In this document: in pieces, positions 1 to 12,727 of the stretch
Layout of the letters: each line of letters starts with the position of its first letter
Numbering within the stretch: the stretch's first letter is position 1
Origin: Felis catus
Lineage: Eukaryota
DNA length: 64,000 nt
Assembly: GCF_018350175.1 (NCBI RefSeq)
Contig: NC_058368.1
Location: 204,726,001 to 204,790,000 of the forward strand
Direction: 5' to 3'
Translations under genes and position numbers: made by a program
The notes under the pieces: generated by a model
The model's database searches: none
What the model saw: the letters and a program-made list of their open reading frames with translations, nothing else
What the model was told of the DNA's origin: nothing

Positions 1-451
1 TTCAGGTAATAGCTGCTCAAAGGGCAGAGGCAGCAGGTAGAGAATTATTTCTGGATTGAACGCAAACCCTCTCGTGTCACGAAAAGTTGTGGCGGTTTGC
101 ACTCAACTTGCTGCGGCAATAAATCATTGCTCCGTGGGCTTCACACCATCACTCCATCCTCACTTTTCATGGACCTGGTGCCTGCACGAGAGACTGTGAT
201 TTATTAGTTAACCCACCTGAGCCTCTCTCTTGAGGAGGAATCTGCGCTTCATGGCTTTATTGCTCCTTCAGGCTCCGACACAACCTACCTACCGGGCATC
301 CCCATGCGGGCCTGACTTATGTCCTTCCCATGATGACCAGTATCTAGTGTGACACACTTGTGCCAGTGTGTGCGTGGGACAGAAGGCCTGCCTTCCCTCC
401 TCCTGGGCAACGTGCTCCAGCTAGAAGTGTAGCTTCAAGGCAATGCTCAAG

Positions 452-1050
452 TATGAGAGGGAAAAGCTAGGACAAAATAGGCAGAGAGGGAGAGGTTAGG
501 ACCTGAGGTCTCCGAGTGGGGAAAAAATCACATATTTAGGAACAATGCTGGGAGCGTCTGACCACAGCAAAGCCCCTTGGGCTTAAGGTTCCTCTTAAGA
601 ATGTAACAGACACCCACTACTCTCCCTGGGGTTCCCCTCAGGAATTTGACAAAAGACCTGACTAAACATAAGTAGACCATAAAACACATGACCCAGACCC
701 AAGGAACAGTATGGCCATAGACCATCCCTCATACAATGATTGAGCCAATCAGGAATGGACAACCCAGCACCTAGAGTTATCAGTCAGTAAGGGTAGGACC
801 TGAGAAGGAAGGAGGGGGAAGGGAGAGGGGTGCTGACCGGAACCTTCTAAAACAAAGACCCTTGCCTATCGTCCGTGGGCATTCACTTTCGAATGTCCGC
901 TCTCTACAGACAGAGCTTTGCTACTATTTCTACTTTCTGGTCTTAGACTCTAATAAACTTTTACCCGTTGCTCATTTTATTTTGTGTCATTCTTCGAAGC
1001 GGCGAGACAACGGACCCGGGTATGGAGGTAAAATAACAAATCCTGCAACA
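452..1050 (+). mobile_element. Solo endogenous retroviral LTR (ERV1-like)
   Basis: Termini TATGAGAGG (degenerate TG) and CTGCAACA, flanked by the 4-bp duplication CAAG (448-451, 1051-1054). CCAAT at 745-749, a degenerate TATA near 845-852 and AATAAA at 952-957 occur in LTR order. Confidence 0.75.
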
Positions 1051-1384
1051 CAAGCACCACTTTCTCCTCCTCACTCTCCCGACTCCTCATGTCATACATG
1101 CTATGTTGCATCCAAAACATGGCTCTAAGAGCCTCTGCCCACGGGGTGTTACAGCCAAGGAGAAGGCACAGTCCAGGCAAGCTGGAATAGTAATTTTGAG
1201 CTGGGCTCCTGCTTCCTCAAAAAGAGAGGGAGGGAGCTGCCAGCACATAACAAAAATCTCCACATCCATTGCCAATGTGTTTAAACTAATTGTGCTCAGC
1301 TCCCCTTCCAATGAGAAGAACTGAAGAGCATGCGGTCTGGTGTAGGGTGCCTTTCATGTGGGTGTTTGACAATAGAAGCATGCC

Positions 1385-3402
1385 ACCACGGGTCCAAGAA
1401 AATAAATTTATTAAACTTTGAAGGAAAAAAATCCACAGACATGAGGAGAGTTAAATATAAACTGCAGGACACAACTAGTCATACTAGTGAATAATGGCTT
1501 GTGTGGCCAGCAAAGTACCAGAATGACATTCTGAGACTGATTGAGGTATTTAGCTATTTTTGGCTATAGAAATTGTTGTCAGCCTATGGTGAAATAGTAA
1601 GATAGTTTTCCCAAGCACACAGTTTTAAGTTGAATTAGGTTCTACACTGATGAAATTGTACATGAAACTAAATTATGTAGCTCTTAGAGAAAACTATAGC
1701 AGCAAGGTAGCAGAAAAGATCTATTAAACACCTATTACAAAGTAACATGTTGAACTTGGAACACCCAGTTCTAGCTTTTCACTGTCCTTCCCGCAAGAAA
1801 GAGGGAATTTAAAATCACCAACCATTAAGCCTGTTTCCTAAAAAGGTCTGAGCTAAATGGCAAATACTATTTAAGTTAAAGCTAACTTTAAAGTTTCATT
1901 AAATGTAAAAAAAAAAAAAAAACCAACCAAAACTTAAAGTGAGAAGCATTTTTCAGTGAGATGAGATTCTTCTCTTTGGACAAACCTTTTGGGGAATAAT
2001 CCCAACGCTCCCAAGAATGATGTTGAAAGATAATTTCAACATTACTTCAGGACGCTTCTTTCTCTTCTGACTGCCCTCTTGGAGGCCAATCCACTCAGAG
2101 GGGAAATAAAAAATGAGGACACTTCTTTGCTACTTTAAATAAACCCTAGGAAGAGTTCAGTGAGGAAGAAAGTTTCCCCATTGGGTTAAGAACATTTTGA
2201 CTTATCTGAGGGGATTGGAAATCTTGTTTCTTCTGTTTCTTGTTACAATGAATAGTGGGTATATTTCTTGATCTTTTGGTTCCATTATCTGGTTAACTTC
2301 ATTTTCAATTTGTTTCGACTTACAAAATGCTTCTTGTACTTTATTCCCTTCTTAGGTCACTGTGCAATAGAATCACATTGTGTTAGAAGAGATACTACTA
2401 CAAAGGTTCTGGGGCCATCGCTCATGATCTGCCTGCCTAAACACTCACTCCGTGTGCAACAATAGCCCCTGAGCAGCCTGTCAGTAAGGACCAGCTAATA
2501 CCCTCTCCTTCTCTTAGTAGGGAGCTCTCTGACCTGAGCCGAAATTTGGGTAAGAAAGAGTCTTTTGTTTGTTTTGGTTTGGTTCACGATGAGTAGACCT
2601 GTGCATACATCTTAAAAGTTGTCTCAATTAACAAATATTTCTTTAAAAATTTAAATTAAGACAAGCATGTGCCAATAATGCAGGTAACAACAATCATTTC
2701 AGAATTGCTTAAGGAGTTTTGGGAGGTACAAAAAGGGCCGCGTAAAAAACTAACTTGCTTATTTGTTTTTCTTTAGGTGGACCGACCAAAGCATTAAACC
2801 GGCTTTAGAGTGCGGTTGCTACATTCTCCAGATGGGTCTGCATGAACTATGGTACACAGCGTGTAGTGTAATATAAAATAGCCATGCTTGTAGTGTAAAT
2901 TCTTAAAAATACCTTTATAAATTTTATGTCAAAATAAATGTTTTACATATCCAAACTATTTCTTGCCTTCTTACCTATAATTTTAGTTCCGGATTATCTA
3001 AAAAACATTGGCCTGTGCTCTGATTTGCATTCGATTTTCCTGAACTGCAAAAGCCACCTGATTTTTTGCTTTTTCAAAAAGCTTGATTTACTATACATTA
3101 GAGACAGCCATTCAATGCTTAGTATCACAAAATTAACACCCACATTAACAAGACAATCACTGCCACTAAACAGTCTTTGAGACGATTCTTTAAAATATTT
3201 ACAGTTCACAATAGGAATATCTATCTGTTCAGGCGTTCTTGTTTCTTTTTTAATATTATCTTTCAACACTTCAGGAAAAAGGCATTTAGAATCCGCTCCC
3301 CCCATCCCCCCCAAAAGTTTAAACATTGTTTTGGTGTAAGCACTCATGCCCTAGCCAGCTCCTCACCATTCAATATGTAGCTTGTGGGAAATCAAAGAAA
3401 GG
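1385..3402 (-). other. GHR: GHR 3'UTR (~2 kb)
   Basis: AT-rich sequence with no recognisable interspersed repeat, between the stop codon and the polyA signal. The cleavage site is approximate. Confidence 0.8.
1407..1412 (-). terminator. GHR polyadenylation signal AATAAA
   Basis: TTTATT on the plus strand, ~2 kb beyond the stop, consistent with the usual GHR 3'UTR length. Confidence 0.75.
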
Positions 3403-4374
3403 CTACGGCATGATTTTGTTCAGTTGGTCTGTGCTCACGTAGCCACACGATGAGAGAAACTCTTTGTCAGGCAAGGGCAAGGCTGTGGCATTGAGCACGA
3501 GGCCCTGCGGAGACTGTACTATGTGAATGGAGGTATAGTCTGGGACAGGCATCTCAGAACCCGGAGCCCGTTCTGCTGTCCCAGACTGGCCAGCGGTAGT
3601 GGTAAGGCTTTCTGTGGTGATGTAAATGTCTTCCTGGTTAAAGTTTGGCTCCACACGTGATTCAGCCTCGACGTGAGGGGCCACAGCGATGCACTTTTTG
3701 GCGTCTGCCTCGCAGAAGTAGGCGTTGTCCATGATGAAGTTTGCTTGGCAGAGTGAGACCGCTTCTGGATGCATGTCACACGGGGATATCCCTGCCTTAT
3801 TCTTTTGGCCTGGGGAAAGGACCACACTCCCTGCTGGAGTAATGTCGCTTACCTGGGCATAAAAGTCGATGTTTGCCAGTGAACTCGGATTGCTCAGCTG
3901 AGTATGGGCAGCTTGATGAGTTGACTCAGTTCCACTAGTAAGAAGCGGTCTTGGTTTGTTTTCCTTTGCTAGGATAACACTGGGCTGCTGAGTGGTAGGG
4001 GTAGCATCAGTAGAAGGTGAGTTATTTTGATTCTTCTGGTCAAGGCACAAGAGATCTACTTCCCCTTTTAACCTCTGTGGCTGAGCAACCTCTGAGGTAC
4101 CATCACACACGTCACTGGCATTGAAATCAGTCTCTAAAATGTCAGGTTCATAACAGCTGGTACGTCCAGAGTCATCATCCTTTGCTCCAAGGATGTTAAG
4201 TGATTTCTCATGGTCATTGCTTAGAAGTCTGTCTGTGTCGGAGCCTTCAGTCTTTTCATCGGGGTCATCAATATCCAGCTCAATGAATTCAACCCAAGAG
4301 TCATCGTTGTAGAATTCAGGTTTATAGTTGTCATGAATGGCTAAGATTGTGTTCACCTCTTCTAATTTTCCTTC
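3403..4374 (-). CDS. GHR: GHR exon 10 coding part (cytoplasmic domain, [11 protein letters not shown]...TDQLNKIMP*)
   Basis: ORF 3403..4356 extended to the acceptor cctag|GAAGGA. Contains the UbE/Box2 motif [10 protein letters not shown], the DSGRTS degron and the cytoplasmic tyrosines. Confidence 0.99.
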   Translation of the reverse strand, partial: EGKLEEVNTILAIHDNYKPEFYNDDSWVEFIELDIDDPDEKTEGSDTDRLLSNDHEKSLNILGAKDDDSGRTSCYEPDILETDFNASDVCDGTSEVAQPQRLKGEVDLLCLDQKNQNNSPSTDATPTTQQPSVILAKENKPRPLLTSGTESTHQAAHTQLSNPSSLANIDFYAQVSDITPAGSVVLSPGQKNKAGISPCDMHPEAVSLCQANFIMDNAYFCEADAKKCIAVAPHVEAESRVEPNFNQEDIYITTESLTTTAGQSGTAERAPGSEMPVPDYTSIHIVQSPQGLVLNATALPLPDKEFLSSCGYVSTDQLNKIMP

Positions 4375-4705
4375 CTAGGAAACAGAAAGAAAATGAAACC
4401 TATCAAAAGGAACTCATAATGATTACATGTTTTCACAAATAACATTCAGAGACTAAAATTATGGTCACAAGAAAAGCGATAGCAACAAAGCCATATAATA
4501 AACACATTAGTGTAGAACTTTCAAATACATCATAACACATTCTCATAATTTTAAAAGATACATTATTATTTTGAAACATTTTTCTCCAGAGGGGTTAAAA
4601 ATGGAATGGGATACACATAGCTTGCAAAAGCTCTCAACATAGGACAGTATGCTTCAGGCGGCATTTAATTAGTGTTATCTAGGCCTTAGATAATTTATTG
4701 AGTAC

Positions 4706-4775
4706 CTTGAGGAGATCTGGATCAATTCCTTTAATCTTTGGAACTGGAACTGGGGGAAGAATCAGCATCTTAATC
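4706..4775 (-). CDS. GHR: GHR exon 9 (70 bp), Box1 JAK2-binding motif: [23 protein letters not shown]
   Basis: Acceptor ttcaag|GA, donor AAG|gtactc. Proline-rich Box1 is present. Confidence 0.97.
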
Positions 4776-5020
4776 CTTGAAAACAAATAAAATTTTGGTT
4801 TGACGTATCTGCAAAGTTATACATTCTCGTGTTTCAAAAGATAGGAATAAAATATTAATAGAACTATTACTTATTCCAAATATTCTGATACTCCATGTAA
4901 GTGGAGTATGAGAAAGAAAATAGTAAGCAGTAAATGATGAGGAAAAACTACAGAAGAAGAAAAAAGCAACAAAAATCAACAAAAAGCCCTCATGTGAAGT
5001 CAATTTAAATAAAACATAAT

Positions 5021-5137
5021 AGGTTGATGGGGGGGTGGGAGGGTGGGTGATGGGTATTGAAGAGGGCATCTTTTGGGATGAGCACTGGGTGTTGTATGGA
5101 AACCAATTTGACAATAAACTTCATATATTAAAAAAAA
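5021..5137 (+). mobile_element. Young 5'-truncated felid L1 3' end
   Basis: G-rich L1 3'UTR, AATAAA and an A-tail, with a perfect 15-bp TSD TAAATAAAACATAAT (5006-5020, 5138-5152). Confidence 0.85.
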
Positions 5138-6151
5138 TAAATAAAACATAATCTTTTTTTCCTTATGTCTTTATTGACAGCCAGCAGCAGTATTTGGGAA
5201 TGAGAAATCTGACTCTATCTGAAGCCAATTTCCATTTCATCTATAAGGATGGCAATTTTAATGTACATCTCATCAGTAGTTTGCAGAAAAGAGGAAGGAA
5301 GAAAGAAAAAAGAAAGAAAGAAGAGCTGATTCACTTGAAGCCAAAATTATTTGCACCCTCAAAAATGGGATGAATTAAGTTTGTTCCACACAGCTCACAT
5401 TAATCATAAAATTACCTAAGATGATCTCATAAACCAAGGTGTCATTGCAGGCTTCATTTCGGTTGGGAAAGGCTACACTTGAGCTATCTCTAACTGATCA
5501 ATATGGATTTATACACCCAATTCTATGATGTGCTTGAATTTTCTGTTCCCAATATTTAAATTATTTCTTGATCATGATTCATTTCAATGTCTCTTCTGCC
5601 TGTCTTGCAGTTTATTGTATCCCTAGCACTTAGAACAATTCCTGGCACATAGAAGGTACTCAAACACTTCTTGAATAAACTTGAATACCTCATATATCTA
5701 TTTTGTTAATAGCATAACTAGAATTTGTGTCTTAAAATTAACATTGCAGCTCTGGAATAAAGCTCAGAGATTAGCTATTCTAGTCAGTTCATTTATTGTT
5801 TTAAAACAACAAGACTCAGAGGCACCACTGTTAGGCAGGGATGATAAACTGCTTTTTGGATATTAGCTGATATTCCACTTAATGTGAATGGATCGTCTAG
5901 TCTATTCAATAGGGAACCCATCTTCTGAATATTTCCATTTGCCTTTTTACCTAACCAAGGAATAAGCCAAATTTCACTTTTTAAATTGCTGTAAGTAGCC
6001 TCCACTAGGTTTACTTAGCGGAGCAAGTGTTAAAACAGATTTTTACTGGTGAATAGAAGATACAGAAAAAATATAAATTATGAATAGTTGCTACCATTTT
6101 TTTGGAATGCCTCTGATAAAACAGACACCATAAGATATATTTCACACTAAC

Positions 6152-6375
6152 CTATGGGCTAGTAAATGATGGTCTGAGGGCCAAATCTGGCTTGTTCTCT
6201 GCTTTTGTAAATAACGTTTTATTGAAACACAGTCATGTTCATTAGTTTAGACATTGTTATGACTGTTTTCATGCCACGGTGGCAGAGTCGAGTAGTTGTG
6301 ACAAAGACTTCATGGCTCCAGAAGCCTAAAAATTTACTATCTGGGCCTTTAGAAAACAAGTTTGTCAACCAGACA
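6152..6375 (+). mobile_element. MER58A-like hAT MITE
   Basis: Motifs ggccaaatctgg...ttttattgaaacacagtc...gcctaaaaatttactatctgggcctttagaaaa. Confidence 0.7.
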
Positions 6376-7384
6376 CTAAACATTTTATTTGGTCTTATAA
6401 CTACCAGGGAGGCAGATATTATCTGTGGAAAGATTTAGAGATTTAAGGAAGGTACTCAAATCATACACTAATACTTGGCACAGCTGGGGCTCAAATCCAA
6501 AGTACCTAACCCCCAAACCCAGGCCTTTTGCCTTCTGTCATGCTGCTGTGTTATTTGGTCCTACATCTCTAAATGAATATTTCAAATGTCAAAAACATAG
6601 AAAAATGCAACACAATTGTAATTGCAGGAAACAAAGATTCCTAAATGTCTAATGCTTGACTTTCTTATGTTTGCCTCTTGATTTGCAGAGTATAATGCAT
6701 TTAGGCACATGTTAGCTTTCTCGGACTTGTAGTTGACTTCCCGCCAGGGTAACAGAGCCTGCAGCCTATAGGGCTCAAGCAGGTGATGCAAATGCACGAA
6801 GCAGGCCTGTTGCAATGTCAAAGGGAGGGATGGGAATGGTCACAGAGAACACATATCCTTCCCAAATGGAACAGCTGGTCCTCTGCTTCAACACATGTTG
6901 CCATGCAGGAATATCAACTGAATGTCACGAGATCTTTCAGATTTTAAACATGACCTGGAAATCTGGGTTTTTGTGCGGAAATTCCCTAGTTTGTAAACAT
7001 TTTGTAGCAAAATTTTTACTCCAAAATCAAATACATAAAATAACAAAGCATAAGATCTGCAGGCTGAGCTTGGCTTTCAGATTGCCAGTTTGCCACTCCT
7101 GTCTGATGCTGATTCAGTTGTTTCTTTCCCCGTTAGTAATAGCTCAAAGGCTGGGATGAGTGTATGATGAGAATGACTGAATACAGGGTAAAGATAACCT
7201 GGCCTGAAGCTCTGTTTGTGACTTTGCCATCATTTTATTCAAATCCAAATCACATTATAAATATGGAAAGGGAAAAGTGGCATGGACTCAAAACTTCATA
7301 CAAAATGTAGAACCTGAGCCCTTTAGAGCCCTAACATTCTGGGGAAAGCTGACATAAGAACCTCATTCTTTGGAGGATCATTTT

Positions 7385-7629
7385 ATTTATTTATTTAAAA
7401 AAATTTTTTAATGTTTTATTTATATTTAAGAGAGACAGAGAGAGAGAGACAGAGAGAGACAGAGCGCGAGTGGGGAAGGGGCAGAGAGAGATGGAGACAG
7501 AATCTGAAACAGGCTCCAGGCTCTGAGCTGTCAGCACAGAGCCCGATAAAGGGCTCGAACCCACGAACCAGGAGGTCACGGCCTGAGCTGAAGTCAGACA
7601 CTCAACCAACTGAGTCACCCAGGTGCCCC
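7385..7629 (-). mobile_element. Can-SINE
   Basis: tRNA-like head, (CT)n, A-tail. TSD tggaggatcatttt at 7371-7384 and 7630-7643. Confidence 0.92.
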
Positions 7630-8477
7630 TGGAGGATCATTTTAATCATTAGAACTTCATGTTCTTTCCACACCTGTTGACAACTGTTTTCTCCTGTTTC
7701 CTACTTTCGTTGGAACATGGAAATTTAGACCATGACAAGGGTTTTTATGGGCAAATGAAAGAACAAAACTAATTCTTTTCTATAAAGAACTTATTTAGTA
7801 CAGGAAATGTGAGAGTACAGTAAAGATTTCAGAACAATTTTATAATTTGGTAATTCTGACTAAGCATTGAAGTTAAGAGCTTCATTATTCATAGAAAACT
7901 CTTTTATACAAAGATTAATATATTTTCTTTAACATCCTATTTGTTGAGAGAATTATTTTTTCTTTGAAATATTGGTAGCTAATATAATTAACCAATATAA
8001 CAAATTTACATGGCCTTCACAAAGACTCAAAATTGACAGCTTATGTTAAGAGTGAATTACTTTATATACATAATGGGTATGTCTACTGTACTTATATATA
8101 AATTAGTCCATCAACTATATAGATCAATGAATTCAAATTAATCGACAGAATTACTTGACTCTTCTGTTGTTGGCATTATTTAAATATATAAATTGCTTAA
8201 AATTCTATAAATTTATTTACACTTACTATTTCCCCCCAACAAATGAAAACCATATTGTCATGCTTTATAACACTCATGCTTGTAAAAGAAACGCTGTTAA
8301 AAAGTTAGATAAAAATGAAATTCTGCAGAATGACTTCTGCTTTCCCATTGGTTTACAGTATGAAACTGGAGATGCTACTCTAATTAAAAAGCTTGTGCAA
8401 TGTGTTCACATAGACCCTATTTTGATTTGTAGATGTCTCTAGGCTTCAGCTGGAGAACATGTCTTTAGTTCTAGGAA

Positions 8478-8580
8478 ATATGGCCAACCACCTTGGTTTG
8501 TCTGGAACTGAGGGGTTTCCCAGGACACGGGACTTTCGGTGCTCAAACTCCCAGGAAAACCGGGAGTGTTAGTCACCCTA
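8478..8580. mobile_element. MER81-like hAT MITE
   Basis: Quasi-palindromic ~110 bp element ending gtcacccta. Confidence 0.65.
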
Positions 8581-9459
8581 GTCTAGGAGAAGGGTCAGGA
8601 TTAACCCAGGGGACTTAAAAAAATACTCTAAAAGTAAGAAAATTTGCAATCAGTACCAATAACATTTCCTATATTCCTATTTCCAGTCTGTACGGAATTT
8701 CTTTCAGGGAGAAAAACAGAGAGTGATAGCTCATACAGCTCAAGGGACATTTAAGCCTCATTATAATCCAACATCCTCATATTATTGATGAGAACATGCA
8801 GCCTGGAGAAATTAAGGGGATAATCAAACAGCAGTAGCAGAATAATAGCTGGAACCAAGTCTTCGACACCAATACAGAATAGAATCTCCTCAAACTTAAA
8901 AAGCATTGTAGCTGTATTTACAAATTCAGGTAATTTGTAACACTGAAATAAAATTTAATAATTTAAAGAAAACCCAGATTTACTTGAAATCGCCATCATA
9001 CGAAGTCTAAAACGGTTATATTAGATTGAATTATCTAGGTGGCTTTAGTTCGCCTTTTAAATTTGCTTCTATTTTAGGCCTGTGTCAAACTCAGCCAAAG
9101 GTTCTGTGCCACCTTGTCATCCTAGAGTGGATGGGCCTGCTCGTTCAGGACTCTGAAGAGGTCAAGGGGCAGCTCAGAGGTAATGATTTTGTGAAGGAGG
9201 TTCATATCACAAGGTGTGCAGTCGCTAGCCTCAGCCTCCTTGTGTCCTATACAACTTCCCAGATAGAAAAGACACTAGTGAATTCTCTATGATGAACACA
9301 ACAATGTGGTAAATGTATACCTAGGGATAATATCTTACTGCATTAATTAAATTTTTCACTCATGATTTGCAAAAGAAAATATCAAGTAACAAATGGAAAC
9401 ACATATGGAAATCTAAACACTGGAAAAAACATCTAAATATTAGACCATTTCCCACCTAC

Positions 9460-9550
9460 CTTTGCTGTTTAGAAAATATGAATAAAAATAGTATCATCGT
9501 TAGCCCAAATATTCCAAAGATAGTAATTAAGAACCATGGAAACTGGAAAT
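9460..9550 (-). CDS. GHR: GHR exon 8 (91 bp), transmembrane helix: [31 protein letters not shown]
   Basis: Manual translation. Acceptor tttcag|AT, donor AAG|gtaggt. Hydrophobic span is followed by SKQQR. Confidence 0.97.
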
Positions 9551-10224
9551 CTGAAACACACAAGAATAGCATCTCACTCATAGGGTTAGGAATAGTTGAA
9601 GTTTACCTTTCACTTTCCTTTTTCACATAAAAAGATTTCTTAATTTGTATTCATCTAGTAAAGTCACCGATTTTTCCTGCTAATCACTAAAACAGAATGC
9701 AATGATTTGGAGTATTTTCTTTTCCAAGAACATTTCTGTCCACTGCTTCAAATCCTTTCACATATGAAAAAAAAATCGAAATGAAGAAACAGCAAACAAT
9801 TTAAGCACAATCCATGTTTGCATTAAAAAAACCCTGCAGCAACCCCTTTAATTAAGCACCTTATGTGTTCAGGGTGCATCATTAGTGGCTTCAGCTCTAG
9901 AAAAAAGTGCTGTTTGTTAACATACTACTTTACCTAAATAATGTCCACTTGGTTCTTTCTTTTTTTCTTTTTTTTTTTTTAAGTGTGGTAATATTTTTTT
10001 TTAATCCTCCAGACTGAGGATATATCAAAAAGATGGAGGCAGAGTTTCTATTTTTGAATCATGACTGAAACTTCTTAGACATGAAGACCATATATTTTAC
10101 AGCTTAAAAAATATCCTGTGATAGAAGATCACTACTGGGGCTCCCATTTTCAGATTTTAGTATATGTGTTAACAGACTTGGGGGAATCTGTTTGTGAAAC
10201 TTCCGTTTCATTTCTTTTTGAAAA

Positions 10225-10462
10225 TTAAAAAAATTTTTTTTAACCTTTTTCCCCCAAAGTTTATTATTTATTTTGAGAGAGCAAGCGAGAACAAATGCAT
10301 GCCAGCAGGGGAGGGGCAGAGAGAGGGAGAGAGAATCCCAAGCAGTCTTCATGCTGTCAGTTCAGAGCCCGAAGTGGGGCCTGATCGCATGAACCATGAG
10401 ACTGTGACCTGAGCCAGGATCAAAAGTGGGACACTTAACCAACTGAGCCACCCAGGTGCCCC
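10225..10462 (-). mobile_element. Can-SINE
   Basis: Reverse-complement head gccacccaggtgcccc and T-rich tail. Confidence 0.9.
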
Positions 10463-10552
10463 ACTTCTATCTCATTTCTTAAGACCAAGTGCCTACCAGC
10501 TGCTTGCAGTAGGTCCCCAGTGTTCTTATCACTTACCAAGAGGTTACCCACT

Positions 10553-11011
10553 TTTTAATTGAAATATAGTTGACATACAATCTTATTTTGGCTTCAAGTG
10601 TACAACATAGTGATTCAACAGTTCCAAACATTACTCAGTTCTCACCATGATAACTGTCGTTACCACCTGTGACCATACAATGCTATTACAATATTATTGA
10701 CTACATTCCCTATCCTGTACTTTTCATCCCTGTGATTATTTATTTTATAACTGCAAGTCTGTATCGCTTAACCCCCTTTACCTATTTCACCCATCCTCCC
10801 TGTGCTCTTGCATCTAGCAACCACCAGTTTGCTTTCCGTTTTTATGAGTCTGTTTCCATCTTGCTTTTTTGTTGTTCTTTTTTTTTTTTTTTTTTTAGGT
10901 CACACATATAAGTGAAATCACAGGGTATTTGTCACTTAGAATTATACCCTTTAGCTTCATCTATGTTGTGAATAGCAAGAGTTCATTCTTGTTATGGCCA
11001 AATAATATTTC

Positions 11012-11059
<48 letters not shown>

Positions 11060-11370
11060 AATCACATCTTTTTATCCATTCACCTATTGATGGATATTTA
11101 GGTTACTTCTATATCTTGGCTGATGCAAATAATGTTGCAATGAACATGGGGATATATATATATATATATATGCACTTGAATTAGTATTTTCATTTTTGTT
11201 GTATAAATACCCAATAGTAGAGTTACTAGATTGTATGGTATTTCTATTTTTAATACTCCATACTTTAATACTCTATTTTTAATATTCCATACTGTTTTCC
11301 ATAGTGGCTGCTCCAATTTACTTTCTCACTAACAGTGCAGGAAGTTTCCCTTTTTTCCACATCCTCATCA
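10553..11370 (-). mobile_element. L1 3' fragment with internal (TG)n at ~11014-11056
   Basis: Typical antisense L1 3'UTR/ORF2-end motifs (gaaatatagttgacatacaa; ccatactgttttccatagtggctg). Confidence 0.8.
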
Positions 11371-12727
11371 AGGTTATCCACTTTACACAAAAAAGACAGG
11401 TGGAGTTTACCTTAATGTTGCTTTATTAAAAGTAAGATTTTGTGCTGTAATGTTCCTTTCTTATTTTTATATTCCTATTCAGTTATTAAAATCTCCAAAG
11501 GAGATATTATGTATAGTATAAAGAATTAATGGAGGAGAGAATACCATTTTATATCTTGTGGTATCTGTAACTTTGTATCAATGCCAGAGTATCAATGACA
11601 GTTCCTGTATGTATTCAGGAACATAACAAAGCTAGAACTTCAGGGTTTTTTTTAAGGAAAACATTTTTTGGAAGGAAAAATCAGTTAAAAAAAATCTGTG
11701 CTAACTGAATTAAATGGCATCACAAGAAGCTTAAAGGGTGTGTGGCAAATTTACTTTCGAAACCAGAATTTCATTATATCAAATATTGTACAAAATAATA
11801 AGCCTGCTAACTAGAACTTAGAAAAAGAAAACAGTGCTACAGGCATTTTCATTTAAGCACTATTTAGTATCATGGATTTTACTTGTACCATCAATGCAAA
11901 AATATAAATTTAATTTCTCTATTGCTTGTGATTGCTTCATTAACAAACTTCACATCCTCATACATAGCCCTGTGAACCCTCTGTGTTTAATTGTAGATGC
12001 ACTATAGCTAATTCCCATGTGGGAGTGATAACTTTATATACTTATTGTTCATTATTAGGCAGACTTCTTTATGTCTGTATCAAAAGTTTTAATTCTTTTA
12101 TTTTGAATTCATAGATCTCATTTCTCTGAACTTGCATTATCTTTGTATTTTTCTTATATAAGATCTTCAAATGTTCCATGTTGTCCTTGCACATAACTAG
12201 CATGCTACTTATTAAGGCTTTCTCCCGGTGAAAACCATACCTAAGCTTTCTAAAACCACTAAGCAGCTGCCATTGACAACCTATGCTGACACAATAGTAG
12301 GCTTTTAGATGCCACATATCCATCCATCCATATATTTCTTCACTATGTATTTGAAATACACAGTATTTCTTCATTATGTATTTGAAAAACATTTTTCTGA
12401 TTATAAATGCAAAACAAACTCATAGAAAATTTTAGAAGTATGGAAACATATAAATAAAAGAATCATCTGAAATTCTGATATCCAGAGATATCCCCCATTA
12501 ATATCTTAGTACATCTTCTCCTCTCTAACTTACACCTCCCCCAGGACATTTCCTGAATTAAATAATTCAAAAACTAAGTTCTCCTTCCCCTTCTGTAATG
12601 AATAATATCTGTTATAGACTGTGAACTTGAGGTCTCTCACCCCGACATTTGAAGCTAATGGATCGTGATCTGAACAATGTTACGACATTGACAAAAGCCA
12701 CGTTGGCTGCCATTTTAAATCTTTTAC

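Noticed and set aside
3519..3827. 102-aa alternative-frame ORF overlapping exon 10
   Set aside because: Non-ATG start and a shadow of the GC-rich coding exon, with no independent support.
7391..7680. Recurrent 'GAWVAQSV...SGSVLTAQSLEP' ORFs here and throughout the window
   Set aside because: These are Can-SINE translations, not a protein family. The tRNA-like SINE heads are not tRNA genes.
9722..9730. STAT5-type TTCNNNGAA sites (also e.g. 8469-8477, 59069-59077)
   Set aside because: Many such motifs are expected by chance in 64 kb of AT-rich DNA, and no tandem arrangement or conservation evidence is available.
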